From assembly GCA_043228905.1 (NCBI GenBank), contig JBHGNT010000018.1, forward strand, positions 16,988,001-17,052,000: 64,000 nucleotides of DNA. Reading direction: 5' to 3'. Both the position numbers and the translations under genes were made by a program. The stretch is from Azolla caroliniana. Its lineage: Eukaryota > Plantae > Polypodiophyta. The notes under the pieces are model-generated. The model searched no databases. It was not told the origin of the DNA and worked only from the letters and a program-made list of their open reading frames with translations. This document shows, in pieces, positions 1 through 13,386 of the stretch (its first letter is position 1; each line of letters opens with the position of its first letter).

Positions 1-1299
1 AGTGTAACACGTGGTGAATATTCATCTAATTGGGAGGAGAATGCATCCTACATGGTTTGTGAGAAGGAAGGAGAAGTCATTGAAGAAGAAAACATTACCA
101 CCTTGAAGGAAAAAGGATAAGAAAATTTCCAACAATATCCAAAGAGAAGAACATCAAAAGGATGTAAGTGTGTTAAGAAAGAATTAAAGTTGATGGATCA
201 AAGCTCAAAGCAATTCAAAAGATAATAACTCCAATAAATCTCAAGGCTTCAGAGGTATTTGTGCATAATGTTTGCTTGCTTGAAATGTTTATTCATAGTT
301 GACACTCATGGTCCTACTTATGTTCCAAGAGAGGATGGTGACCTAGCAATTCTAATGCCCTCTTTTTATTTGTTTTCACAAGAAAGAAGATCGTGATGGT
401 GATTGTCAATGTGTGTATGGGTAGGTGGGTGTCCCTAGAAGTATGAGGTTTTCTTCCACTACTTAACGAGGTTTTTTACTCACAGAATAATTTGATATGT
501 TTTCTTTGTATATATGCTCCTTTCTCTATAGCCTACAGTAAGGCAAAAGACCATTTTACTTTTCCCTTTACTTTGTTTCACCCAACAAGCAAGGAAGACG
601 GCTAAATGTGAAGTTCAATTTTGTTCAAAAGAAAAGATAGTTGCAAATATGTCGGACACTAAGACACTCAAGAGTGGAGGCCAACACGAGGATTCGAGCA
701 TCAAAACAATCAAAGAGGTAAGAAACTCAAATGGATAAAGATAAAAACATTTTTCAAAAAAGTCAGAAAGTAGAAAAAAATGCACGTCGTGCATAAACTT
801 TGTGTATATGGGGCCATTGTGTTCATGGTCCATTTTAGTGGAAAACCCTTGGCGTGAGGGCACAATTGAAGAGTAGTGTGAGAAAAGGAGGTAGGCACTC
901 TCAAGCATATATGATGTGTTCCACCCGTAATCTTATGTGATCCATGGACTTCCTATGTTGTAATTTTTTTATGACCATAGTGACCCGAGAGGTCGTGAAA
1001 AGTGTCCTCCATGGTAGGTCAAGGTGTAGAAGGCATAAGAATGGTGGCTGGTTTGGAACTTGTGGTAAAGACTCTCTATATATGTGTGCCAAAGTGTAAG
1101 GATCCTCGATGGGTTGTTAAGGGTCTTGGTTCCCGTAGTTTGTTCCATGCAATGGCGCAATCGCTACTCATGAGCATATACTAGTCATGACCATATAGTA
1201 GACTTAAAAGGAAGAAATATAGTAGACTTAAAAAAGAAGAAATAGGAGAGAGCATTGTACTCATATAGAAAATAAAGTGTGGACAAAATGGGGGACAAA

Positions 1300-2765
1300 A
1301 TTTTATTAATATCTCTCTCTCTCTCTCTCTCTCTCTCTACAGTTCCAATGTTTCGGTCAACTTATACAGCAAAAGGCAGTGAGGGTCGTGTCTTTTGTCA
1401 GGCTGCTGTATGGGCGGCGGCGGCGGCGACAGCCACCAGGCCGGCCACCGTGAGGAGGAGGAGGAGCTGGGAAAGCGGAAGCCGATTTGAGGCGGCAGAG
1501 GAGGCCGTGAGGGGAGCAGGGGCGGGGCTGAACGCCGCAATGCTTCCGATGGCATCAGCTGTAGCAGAAGGCAGGGAGGTGGAAGTAGTCACAGCTACAC
1601 TCTTTGAAGGAGGAGGAGGAGGAGGAGGAGGAGGAGCGGAGACTGCGTAGGATCCGTTAACGACCACGTATGCGTCGATATGGTGGGAGGTGGATGGAGT
1701 GGAGTAGGATCTCGCAATTGCGGTGGTGGTCGGAAGAGATGGCGGGGCAGCACTAGAAGAATCTGGGGAAGGTGGGTCCAGCAGGTCGGCGGAGGGAGCC
1801 AAGGGCAGCGGAGCGGAGGCAGGGGAAACGGAGCTGCTGCTGCTACTAGGGGTAGTGGGAGTAATGGGGGAGGAGGAGGCGGAGGAGGAAGAGGCAAGGA
1901 GGAGGCGGTCTATGCCATGGCACGTGACGATGTGGGAGAGCGAAGGCGGGCAAATGTCGGGGTGGATGATGTGAGCGCCTTCGATCAGGAAATTGGCAGC
2001 AGCAGCAGCGGAGGAAGAAGAAGAAGAAGAAGAAGAAGAGGCGCTGTCGATGCGGAGGCGGTAGGCGTCGCCGAGGAGGGTGGGGAGGAGGGTGGCTTTG
2101 GGGAGAGTCAAGAGATTGGCGAAGGTGAAGTTGGTGGTGAGCATGTGGAAGCGGGCGAGGGAGCGGAGCTGGGAGGTAGGCATGGCGGAGAGGAGGGGAA
2201 TGGCGGAGGAGGTGGAGGTGGAGGTGGTGGGTTGGAGGAAGAGGACGGCGTCGGTGGGGAGGAGGAGGGTGAGGCGAGGGCGGGTGAGGGGGCGGAGGTA
2301 ATGCGGTAGGAGGAGGGAGGCGGCGAGGTAGGTGTTACTACTACGCCCACGCCCAGCCGTTTGCAGCGCCTGTGCCACCTGTGCCACCACCGCCTCAGAG
2401 AGCGGCGCCGGCGCCGGCGTGAGTGGGGGTGGGGGTGCCTTGGATACAGAAGCCGCGAGGTTAAGGCTAAGGCCAAGGTTGAAGAAGAAGAAGACGACAA
2501 CTACGAAGAATGGGAGGGGAGTGCGAGCTGGGGCCATATCTTCCTACTCTGCTTTCTTTCTTCTTGTGTGAGGTGTGTTATGGTGGTGGTGGTGGTGGTG
2601 GTGGTGGTGGTAGCTACCTATTGCACTGAGAGTGATAGTGGGTGCTCTTTTCCTTTTAAAGAATTGTCCGCCCGCCCGCTCCATTTGTCCATCCAAAGAA
2701 GAAGAAGAAGAAGAAGAAGTGACGTGACTGTCCATATGTCCATATGTGTGGTAACCGGTATGTAT

Positions 2766-2820
<55 letters not shown>

Positions 2821-3015
2821 CTTTTGTGGGGTTACTTGTGTCCGTTCGCATGAAACACCATTTAATTTAATGAGCGCATGCATGCATGCATACTCATCAT
2901 CCATCGTAGCATAGCATTGCACTTGGCATGTGTTTCGGTTGTTGCCGCACCTCTCTCTCTCTCTCTCTCTCTCTCCCATGTCCATCCACTTCACACACAC
3001 ACATTCATTCATTCT
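1300..3015. repeat. Left arm of ~1.7-kb inverted duplication (partner ~58895-60605)
   Basis: CDS, ~480 bp upstream and ~100 bp downstream align with the reverse complement of the right copy. Differences are mainly microsatellite lengths. Confidence 0.9.
1398..2537 (-). CDS. Fasciclin-like arabinogalactan protein (FLA), copy 1; signal peptide, one FAS1 domain, probable GPI anchor
   Basis: Intronless 379-aa ORF. It has a hydrophobic N-terminus, FAS1-like H1 (LTLLLPTDAVL), FH (LARFHML) and H2 (VTCHGIDRLL) motifs, AP/SP/TP-rich AGP segments, and a hydrophobic C-terminal tail. A near-identical copy lies at 59348-60478. Confidence 0.85.
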   Translation of the reverse strand: MAPARTPLPFFVVVVFFFFNLGLSLNLAASVSKAPPPPLTPAPAPLSEAVVAQVAQALQTAGRGRSSNTYLAASLLLPHYLRPLTRPRLTLLLPTDAVLFLQPTTSTSTSSAIPLLSAMPTSQLRSLARFHMLTTNFTFANLLTLPKATLLPTLLGDAYRLRIDSASSSSSSSSSSAAAAANFLIEGAHIIHPDICPPSLSHIVTCHGIDRLLLASSSSASSSPITPTTPSSSSSSVSPASAPLPLAPSADLLDPPSPDSSSAAPPSLPTTTAIARSYSTPSTSHHIDAYVVVNGSYAVSAPPPPPPPPPSKSVAVTTSTSLPSATADAIGSIAAFSPAPAPLTASSAASNRLPLSQLLLLLTVAGLVAVAAAAAHTAA

Positions 3016-3944
3016 TCCACACACACCCCCTCCCCAGCACTCCATGCGAACACACGAGCATCCCCACACATTTCTCTTAGGTACTCTCTCGAGTCCCTCC
3101 CTTTTGGCTATCACCTAAATTTTACGTCAAGCCTTTCCACAAAACACAGATCGTTGCTAAACTACCTTTGGGGAGCCTCAATAAAACAAAGGCAATGCAC
3201 AAATATATAAAGGGTATTGGTAGACACAATAAATATAGAGGGATTTGGCAAGGACATGGATTGGAAGCAAACTAGCTAATCCCCAACACGTACAATCTCA
3301 TATGTTTGCAAGACAAAAGACATACCACAGCTACCATTTGGCAAGCGGCCCTAGGACAACAATTCCAACATATACTTTCGAAGTTCGAACCTCAGAAGAT
3401 TACAATGTCCACTTGATCAACATCCATTCTCACCCACTTGAGATTATTTTTTCATTGTTTTCCAACACACACATATGTCTACGTCAAATGCATGTGTTTA
3501 CTCTTCAAACACCCTTCCGATGTGTTTTCTTGCAAAGATCATACATACGGCTAAAAGACTTCCATGCATTCATCATATAAACTTCAAAAATAAGCATGTG
3601 TGCTTTTTCTTTGTTCAAATCCTCTTCAAAAACACACTCTCTTATTGTTTCTGAAATGGATACATATTGACCAAAATATATGTAACTCGTTGCTTATCAA
3701 GTTTCTGCATTTGGCAGTGGATGTAAAGATTGTTAACTTGTGTTTGACAATGAATAGCATCATTAAAAAGTTAAAAAAAATCTTAATACTCTCCCCTCAT
3801 TAAGTGGTTGAAACTTTACCCCCTTGGGGCCATAACAAAGGGTGTCATACTTTGGTTTACTCAAATTACTTACTCAAATTACTTACTGTGATTATAAAAG
3901 AAAACAAATGTTGCAAAATGGATGCACTCCACATAGTCACCACA

Positions 3945-4006
3945 AAGTGCTATCTCAGATCAATTTTAATGTCCGAAGTGCTATCTGAGATCAATTTTAA
4001 TGTCCA
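3945..4006. repeat. Tandem duplication, ~32-bp period x2
   Basis: aagtgctatct(c/g)agatcaattttaatgtcc occurs twice in succession. Confidence 0.8.
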
Positions 4007-5502
4007 CATCTTGGAAGAACTATTTCGTCTTTGATGTAGGAAGTTCTTAAGATGTCCCTAAATGAGCGTACTAGATGAAATGTTGAGACGTCCATTGTCA
4101 TAATGTTCCGCAAACAAATACAATGAGTTAAAGTCTCCTTATGAAGGAGAGAATAATGAAACTTCGAAGTCTATGTACATTCAAAACATTACAAGCTTCT
4201 ACTCATCAAAAGCATCCAAACTATTGAAGATCTTGGATCATTGTAGTGCCCAAGGAATTGTGTTAAGTGAATTAGGTGCATGCATTATTCAATGGCATTA
4301 TTGAAGATTCGATCATTGTGGTGTCCAACAAAATAATATTGTGGAGCAAACATGGGGTGTGGAAATATGTAATGCAAACGAGCACGTTTGTGCACGTGCG
4401 CACACATGCACCACCAAACACTTTTCCAATCTATTCAAACTAGACGTGAGTCTCCTTGTACTACTCTTAAACAATACCACCCCTGAGATGGACAACTATT
4501 TAGATGATCCAAGTTACTAAAAACTATTTTAGCATATAAGCAAGGATGTGCATTTCAAAGAAAACTATCGGGTTGGCGTAAATCAAGATATTTATAAGAA
4601 TTTGTTTACCCCTAAAGGAACATGCCTTCTTGTGGAGGTATTAATCTTGGAATATTACCTGAGGTGGAGGTAGTGGAGTGTGACCTTGGAAACCTCAATT
4701 GCAAATGCACCATGAAAAAGCATGCTACATTTGCCATTGACTTGTTCCCATGCAATTTTCTTCTATAACTAAAGATCACTTGCAACCAAGGTTTCTCAGC
4801 CGTAGCTTTTGATTACTTGAATATGATTGCTCCATGGCTGGTTTGGATGAGCCACAACCAAGCCCATCCATGGTAACCCACTATTTTCAATAGCCAAAGC
4901 ATTACAGATCAAACTAATAGTAACCAAAAGAATACAAGATTAAGGAGAATAAAGAATTAAGGGAGGTTTTCCTAATTATCCCACCCTAAACACATTATAA
5001 ATAGTTATAGGTCTGATTGATGAAGTTATGCCTTTTCATGCTCTCAATGACACAAGCTATTGATGGCCATCGCATACTACACAACTAAGGTAGATAACTA
5101 CTGAGATTAAGATATGGAATTTGATATAAATGATCATCTTTTTGCATATAGAAGCATTTTAGTTTCTAGCTTTTTATTTTTCAATCATTCAAATTAAGAG
5201 ACATACAATTAAACGCATTGTTTGGCTTTGGATTGACATGAATGCTTGTGCAAGACTATACAAGATGCATCTTACTAGAAAGCTACCTATTTCTTTGGAT
5301 AATATGAACATAGCAAAATACAAGCAAAGTTCTTTGCATGATTTCTCAGGTAGACTTTGTAAAGGCAGATATGATATGTCGTTTGGTTTTTTTTTTTTAA
5401 CTTTGAAGCCCAACAAACCCAATAATCTCTTCTCAAAAAGGAAGAGACAGACAGAGCAAGATTTCATCTTGGCAAGCCATTACACAATGCCAATTGGAAT
5501 GC

Positions 5503-5739
5503 CTATATCCTTGATGTGATCAAAGGAGTGGAGCGCATGAGGTATGCTGACGCTGCAGCCACACCACTGCCTAGCTCCACTGGATATCCCACATCCCTCA
5601 ACACCATCTCAACACCGGCCAAAGCCCCCAATAGTTGAAGCTGCACAATGCAGATTAAGTCATTATATGTAAGTTCAAACACCATACTTTCATGTTTCAT
5701 GCATAGAAAGATACTATGTTACTCAACCTCATACATACA

Positions 5740-5774
<35 letters not shown>

Positions 5775-8388
5775 GTGTGTGTGTGTTTGTCTGATGTTAT
5801 ATAACTTCATACATGGATGAATCTTTTGTTACATTCGTCAGACCATACATGTATGTGTATGCATCTTAATTATCGCCTTACGTCTCCATGTATGCATACA
5901 CAGCTTATGTTACATCCGTAAGGTCATGCATATCTCATTGTTTGCAACTTCATATGCATAAGTGCGTGGTTCTTATTTTATACATAGGTAGCTTCATACA
6001 TGTCCATTCTTGACAATACACATGACCACATGTCTTACCTCATTCAAGTGCCCGAGATGACCAATGCGGAATACTTTCCCAGCAACCTTATTGAGCCCAA
6101 GTCCCAAACTCAAGTTGTATTTCTTCCATGCCTGCCTAACAACTTGGCTGCTGTCAATGTGGGATGGCACTACAACAGCAGTCACAGTATCACTGAACCA
6201 TTCTGGCTTTTGAGTACAATTCTTTAAACCCCATGCATCGACCGCGAGCCTACAAAGGCATATAGTTCAAAAGTGAGAAACATTTATAGGCTCTATAGTA
6301 GTTCAAGGTATGCATCTCACATATATGAGCGTGCATATATAGGTACTATTTAGGCAACAAAATTGGAGGTGACAATCTATCTCAACCACAACAATGAAAG
6401 CATATACATTATTTACCTTGTGGCATGGCCATAACGGCTATGCCTAGCGATAACATTATCCAATCCCTCTTCGAAGATCATGTCCAGTGAAGCGCGAAGG
6501 CCATAAAGAAGCTGAGAAGAGGGGGTATAAGGCCAGTAAGTCCCCATCTTGTAGAAACGTAAATAGTCATTCCAATCGAAGAAAACGCGTAATGACTTAG
6601 CAGTTTTGGAAGCTTCCAAAGCCTTAGGGCCTGCACACACAATGCCGAGCCCCGTCGGCAGGGAAAGGGCCTTCTGAGACCCGGTTAAGGCAACATCGAC
6701 ACCCCATTCATCCATTCGGAAATCCAAAGCTCCAATCGATGATACTCCGTCAACAAGGAAGAGAGCAGGGTGTTTGCATGCATCTGGCCAAAATATTATG
6801 TTGTTACATATAGGTCTTGGAAATATGCACACACAAAAAAGTATATAACATACAAACAGAAGCTATGACAACATATAAACTCGAGATACATCAACGAAAA
6901 ATTAGCAGGTGAATAACATGCAAACCAATAGTTATCTGTACATGTACACCCATGCTATATCTACAACTATTTACTGGACAAATAACATGTAAAACCTAAG
7001 CACATGTAAACCCAAGCTACATCTACAAAAATTCACCAGACAAGACGAGATAAGAACGCGCCTAAAATGGTGCGTATTCCAGCGAGGTCATTGGTGACGC
7101 CAGTGGCGGTTTCATTGTGCACTGCACACACCGCTTTGATTTTATGGCCAGTGTCAGCTTGAAGCTTCTGGCGAAGCACACCGAGATCGATGCCATATCC
7201 CCACTCAATATCCACGACATCCACATCGAAATTCAGGCGTTGCATCTGATCTACCCATAGAAGACTAAACTGTCCGAGTCTGAAGGTCAGAATCTTGTCT
7301 CCCGGAGACAACGTGTTGGTTAGAGCACTCTCCCATGCACCAGTTCCTGCATAGAGTAGAGCGGAACACCCATAAACACACAAATCATTGCTTAACAATT
7401 ATATTCTTAAATAGTGACTTCAACATGTTCATTGTAGTAGAAGTATTAGCTAAAACCAAAAAGCCCTAACCATTACGATAAGCATGAAGGATAGGGAATT
7501 CAGCATGCTGGTGATCATAAATATGGTACGATAAAATGAATCTGACCATTTTGAGTGCAACATGTTCATTTCCATGGGCATGATAAACTCAAAGTGAACA
7601 TGGGCAAAAGTTAGTTTTGATAACAAGCCTCATGGATGTAACAAGTGTGATACTCATAGAAGTGAAACCAATATGATCATTTATCATGAATTACATATAT
7701 GTGAAACCAAAACCTATCCATGAAGATGGAGAACGTGACAAGACTAGGCATGATAAATCATAAAATCAAATCCTATCCTTTATGATGAGCATGACAAATC
7801 CTGATTGTTTATGACAAGCTTCGGGAACGTAACAAAGTGTAAGATACGACCTAAACATTCTCATTACCATGAACGTGATTTAGAAAAACCTAAACCCTTA
7901 CCATCACAGAAAACTACTTTTGATGCAAGGATTCATGCACCTAATACACAGAAAATGAAATAAGCATGGTCATTACGACATGATGAATGAATATGGTAAC
8001 AACAAAGCCCTGAAAATGATGATGAGCATGACAAACGTTCTGATGATCAAGTCTCATGTATCTAACAAGACCTAAGACCACACATAAGAATGGCAGTGAA
8101 GAAACAATAATCCTAACACAAGACCAGCTGATCATGGGATGAAGGAAACGGTGAGAGCAAAACTGAGAAAAGCCATGGATTACCTGTGGTGGGGAATATG
8201 AAGGAGGTGGCAGTAGTGGTCTTGAAGATACGCTTAACGTCTTCTAAGACGGATTTAGAGAGGGTGGGCATGGCAGGGGAGCGATAATCTTCATTGTTTC
8301 TGTTCATAGCTCGAAGAACTTGTTCCGGGACATTGACAGGGCCAGGGACAAACAGTTGGTTTCTACCGGGTCCTGGATAGTACTCCAT
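5503..8388 (-). CDS. AGT1: Peroxisomal serine/alanine:glyoxylate aminotransferase (photorespiratory, PLP class V); exons 8388-8184, 7346-7062, 6783-6417, 6249-6039, 5640-5503
   Basis: Exons join in frame to 1206 nt = 401 aa. Motifs: LFVPGPVN, GTGAWES, VHNETATGV, LVDGVSSI, TGSQKAL (PLP lysine), FRIGHLG. The C-terminal SRI is a PTS1-type signal. Three introns are GT-AG and intron 2 appears to be GC-AG. Confidence 0.96.
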
Positions 8389-8451
8389 AGCTACGGAGGT
8401 CTCGCTGCTTACTCTGTTTCTTCTTGCTCTGTTTCTTCTTGCTCTGTTCCC

Positions 8452-8567
8452 CACGTGGGTCTCTCTTGGAGAAGAAGAGCAGAGCTCCGATTCTTCTATA
8501 TAGCCAATGGCCTAAACCCAAATAGCCAGGAAGGCCAAGCCATATCCACACGTGCGAGCGCCACGTG
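8452..8567 (-). promoter_or_regulatory. Putative AGT1 core promoter with TATA-like box and G-boxes
   Basis: CTATATAG at 8496-8503. CACGTG at 8452-8457, 8549-8554 and 8562-8567. G-box clusters are typical of light-regulated genes; function here is inferred. Confidence 0.55.
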
Positions 8568-8639
8568 TCGGGCGCTGATTGGCGCCACTCGAATGTGTGG
8601 TTATAGACCATTCTCTTTCCCATCTCCACAAACCTTTTA

Positions 8640-8712
8640 TCCTTCCTTCTCTCTCTCCCCCTCCCCTCTCTCTCTCTCTTTCTCTCTCTATCTCTCTCTA
8701 TCTATCCATTGG

Positions 8713-8758
<46 letters not shown>

Positions 8759-8896
8759 TGGAGCTCTCTTCCTCTCCCTCTCTCTCTATCCATTGGAGCT
8801 CTCTCTCTCTCACTCTTTCTCTCTTGTGGATTTGGGTGTGCGTGTGTGTGCACTCTGGCTCAAGCTCTGGCTCTGGCTTTGGCTTTGGCTCTGGCT
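8640..8896. repeat. Compound (CT)n microsatellite with interspersed ctatccattggagct units and (ggctct/ggcttt)n
   Basis: Seen directly; it explains the low-complexity ORFs at 8320-9274. Confidence 0.8.
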
Positions 8897-11889
8897 ATGA
8901 GGTGTTGCGCTATGCTCTGGCTACTATGGTGTTACTACCTCCTCCTGCTCAATTCTATCTCGTCTTTTCGTCGGGGTAATAGCATGCGTCCCACTTGCCT
9001 AACACAACTTGAAGTGTCTCGTGTCAAGCTTACCATTTGTATTGTCCCCCCCCACACCCCCTCCGGTCCCATCCCTCCCTTCCCCTCCACTTTTCTAGTT
9101 GCCCTATCCCTTTTTCCTCGACCAGCTGCCCTCTCCTTCCCCACACATACGAGCATATTCGCCTCTGGTCTCTCAAGCTCAAGCACATCTCCACATACCT
9201 TTTATCTCCTCAAGCTTCTGGTGGTCCCACTAAAAAAAAAAGGTTGTATCGTTCTCTCCTTTCTCCTCTCTTAGAGATATACTTCCACCAGCATGGCACA
9301 AGCAATTTCAATTTTGGCCTCAAGTTTTGTATTTATATATGTATTATATATTCCTAACACTTTGTTGTTACACCCACAATAGTCTACAATGTTTGGCCTT
9401 ACGTAAAAGGTTCATGGTAAGAAATTGGATCTCCAACATGCAAGTGAACACTTAGTTGCCTCATTCAGAACATTAACTAACTACTCTTGGACTCTAGTCT
9501 TCCCTTTGATTAAATGGCACGATGCAAACACTTAATTTGAAAAACAACCTAATGGAGGTCTATAAATAGGACCCCTTGGCCCTCATTTGGATATGTAGAG
9601 TGACTCATCACTCTTGACTCTATCCTTTGGTAGCCTTGCCTTTCTTTCTTTCTTAATGTTCAAAATGTACGCGTGTTCATTTCTAGATTTTGTTTTTTAA
9701 TGTTATTGAAATTGTGTTGATGTGTCCCTATGGCGTCCATATGGCTCCATGAAGGAAAACAAGCTAATCACTTGCTTGACAACATAATAGATTTGAGTTG
9801 GAGGGGTTGTGTGGAATTTATTGAGCTCAACCCCACACCTCATGAGTGAACACCACACTCCTTTGTGCATGTGTAAGCTAAATTCCACCCACGTAATAAA
9901 TGGATAGAAGATACCTTTTACTGAATTGGAGATACCATTAAAATTTGTTTGATATTATCATCATTCTTTAAGATATCCCTCATTTGGTCATTGGTTCAAA
10001 TGTGTTGGGTTCAAGACAAGATTCCATCTTTAATTTTTATAGAGAGCATACATCTCCTCATGCATAGTATGAACCATACGTAACATACGTGCATTCGCGA
10101 AAGAAAAACATTCGCGAAAGAAAAACACCCTCAAAGAATGATAAATATCATACTTTTGGATTAACTATTTATTATGAGGTAGATAAGCCTAAAAATGAAA
10201 AAAAAAACAAAAAAAACATTAAAAAAATGGGAAAAAAACAAAAAAAAAAACACAAGAATGTTTGGATAACATTCGCATTCGTTTTCCAACGTAGGAAAAC
10301 GAATGTTATACTAGACGAACACGAATTTTACGTACTATGTGAACCTCATGCATGGCTTCAACCCAGTGAGTAGGAATTGGCAATGGTTGGGTTTCAGCTT
10401 TACCGGTTTGGCCTTGTCCAACTGGTTGATCCATGCATATTAAACCTTAACCAGTTTGACCCAAAACGGTTCGGTTCGGCTTGAGCATCCCAAACGGAGC
10501 TCAAATGGTTAAGAAAGTTGAAGCATGAATCGAGCCAAACCAAATAGTCAAACCTCCAACAGTTTAAAAATGGTTTAACGGCTTGGTTCAGGCTTGAGCT
10601 GATTCGTACTAGTGAGGGTCTCAAGCCACTTCTATGAAGCTTTACAACTTGGCGATGGTTGCTAAGTTCACTATGAACTCATAGTGTTGCATAATGTATA
10701 TTTTAGACAAAAAGTAGATGACCAAATTCTTCGATTGAGTTGAGTGACATTTTTTATTGCTTGCCTGTTGTAGGACTTTCTTTGCTAGAGTTGTTTTTAC
10801 ATGATCAGCACACCGAACTCAATATATAGTTACAAGTTTGAGTTTGTGAAGTTGTTGGATTGGCATTCTATGACCTTTCCATCATAGATATAACAATCTT
10901 GTCATGCATACGCATCTCTCACCTTTCCTTTGTTGTAGTGAGTGGAATTGAGTAGACCACATGAATTGAGTCAAGCAAGCCATGCCAAATACATATGTCG
11001 TTGAGTGACCAAAGTGCTTTGTTTATGCTTCCTTGATCAAGGGAACCACCTCAGAAGCCATCAACTATGTTGTTGAACGTGTTCTTCAAATTTGTTGTCA
11101 CACGAACCTTCATTTGTTTGTTGGAAAAGTTGTTCATTTGGTAACATTGATTGAGTTTCATGTATGTCCATCCATGTTGCATGTGGGAAGCTTTCCCTAT
11201 CATGCTACATTGAACTATGTCTCACCAAACAAGTAGATCATCACTTTTATCGGTGTTGCACCAAGCAAACAAACCGAGAGACATGAGATACCACTAAACT
11301 AACTAAATTGGTTCAATTGAGAAACAAGGGGACTAAATGGATGGAACAATATGAATATATCAAGAAGATGAAATCATTAAAGAGATTTAATTATTCGACA
11401 AACTTGTGGTCTTACCTTGATGTAGAAAAATGAAATTCTTGGGCCTTGCCAAGATGCAAGAATAGTTTATTATGCAATACTTTTGTAGCATTTGAAACAT
11501 TGTAGTGGTGATCCACTTCCAAAGAGAAATTAAGAATCAAATGGTGATGATATAATATTAGTCAATCTATTGGAATGATTGAAGACAATCTCGTGTGGAC
11601 ATAAAAGTTCACTTTCTTGATATTCTTTTCTTTCTTCCTTTAAACAAAAAGTTTCTTGCACAACCGTTTTAACATCACCTTTAAAGTAAACATTATATGC
11701 TAAAGTTACAACATTGTGCAAAACAACTTAGAATTAATAGCATAAATTTAGAAACCTTGCTTGTACTTTAAAATCCACAACACGACATTGCTTGCAATCG
11801 CATTCATCTATTGTGTTTACTCTTAGTTGTGTTTTGGATCTTTTCCTATTAGCCTTGCAATGCATAACTTTAACCACAAATCCTCCATT

Positions 11890-13386
11890 ATGCAAATGAA
11901 TTTCCTTTCCTTCTTCTTTCTTACATTCATTCTTCTAGTATCTTTGCACACATGCAAGTGTATAGTTGCTACAACATGGGATGTTGGTGATTCACATGGG
12001 TGGACAACTATGGATTATACACAATGGACCAGTGGGAAGGATTTTAAGCAGGGTGATACACTTTGTAAGTCTTAGTTAAATATGATACATTTGTTTGTTC
12101 ATCTATCAAATACTTATTTATTTTATGCTGATGTGATGATCAACTATGTTGTTGGAATGTGAGAATTCATTATTATTGGGTGCTAATGCAAAGATTGTGT
12201 CATGTAATGGAAGTAGCAACTTACGAAATTTTCATATTGGGCGTCATGTTTATGAGTCCTATTATGTAAGTGTCCACTACATAAATTTTGGAGTAGATTT
12301 GTCTAATTCATTCTCTCGAGCCTCATGAATTAGGTACAAAATTTTAGATGTTTGCATATGGCCAAATTCGAAACCATTAGAAACACATGATCATGTGTTC
12401 GCCAAATGGAACTAATGGAATCTTGATTGTTGACATCTATCTACATATCAACCTATATGTTCATCCACCTATCTATGTGTATGCATTTTTATGTGCTTGT
12501 GAACCAAAAGCCATTACATGTGAATTGTATATATTTTGGAAGGATGCTTTAATCCCTCTCAAATTAGTGGATCACTACAACATCTTCATTTAGTGTCTTG
12601 TGAAGCAATTTAAACTTGAGTTCAAATTAGGCATAAGACAATCTACATTTGATTTAGATGTTGTAAATAGACCCAAAACACTATTGGAAGACAACACCAA
12701 TCACCATAAGTGACCATTTTCTAATGAGCATAATTGGTAACCATGGAGTTTTATATATACATTTAATTTAGATGTTGTAAATAGAAAAAAACTATTGGGA
12801 GATAACATCAATTGCCATTAATGAGCATCCTAGATAACAAAGGAAACTTATATTTGAAGCTTTTTAACTTATTATTTCATTTTAGCAAAAGGTTTATCTT
12901 GGAAATTCATGTGTGTCTATGCCATATGTATTAGTAGGTGACAAATTGAGAAACATGTGAGATTTTGATTGAAAGGTATGAAGACCTTGGGCATTAAGTG
13001 ACAATATATATAACTAAGGGTGTAGATTTGTATATTGATAGCATTGGCTATTGTTATATAACCAATGTGAACTCATGGTGGCAGATTTCTCATACGTGCA
13101 GGGCGCCCATGATGTGGTCGAGGTTAGTGAGACAGATTTTCATGCATGTGGAGGAAAGAGTCCAATACAACGATGGATTGATGGCAACACAAGTGTGACC
13201 CTAGGAAAAGAGGGCACTCAATTCTATTTCATTTGTAGCTTTGAGGGTCATTGCCCTCCCATGCAACTCTCCATCACAATAGTCCCAATAAATAACTCCT
13301 TGTCTTGCTCCACTTCTGTATCTCATCGCTTCTTATTCCTACCCATTTTCATGGCCCTCTTGCTAAGCAATCATGGCCCCTCTTAA
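11890..13386 (+). CDS. Phytocyanin (plastocyanin-like blue copper protein, uclacyanin/plantacyanin-like); exons 11890-12064, 13085-13386
   Basis: Signal peptide, then WDVGDSHGW..DYTQW..KDFKQGDTL|YFSY..AHDV..YFICSFEGHCPPM, then a hydrophobic tail. The phase-1 GT-AG intron gives 158 aa. Alternative in-frame ATGs at 11860 and 11896. Confidence 0.9.

Noticed and set aside
1-1200. Possible LTR and transposase remnants (also ~3800-4900 and 60700-64000)
   Set aside because: Looks like decayed repeat DNA, but no diagnostic motif or boundary could be supported without a search.
1279-2870. Multiple overlapping and antisense ORFs around FLA (also 59227-60566)
   Set aside because: Shadow ORFs of GC-rich, trinucleotide-repeat coding sequence, with no independent motifs.
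8389-8454. N-terminal extension of AGT1 (MGNRARR..)
   Set aside because: The ORF-track start is GTG within a repeat-containing leader; ATG 8388 gives the expected N-terminus and length.
8320-9357. 219- and 231-aa ORFs divergent from AGT1
   Set aside because: Translations of (CT)n and hexamer repeats; low complexity.
10070-10620. Possible small hAT-like MITEs
   Set aside because: Terminal repeats and TSDs are too degenerate to delimit by eye.
13197-13224. Possible miR408 target site in the phytocyanin
   Set aside because: Only loose resemblance to GCCAGGGAAGAGGCAGTGCAT, needing gaps and several mismatches.
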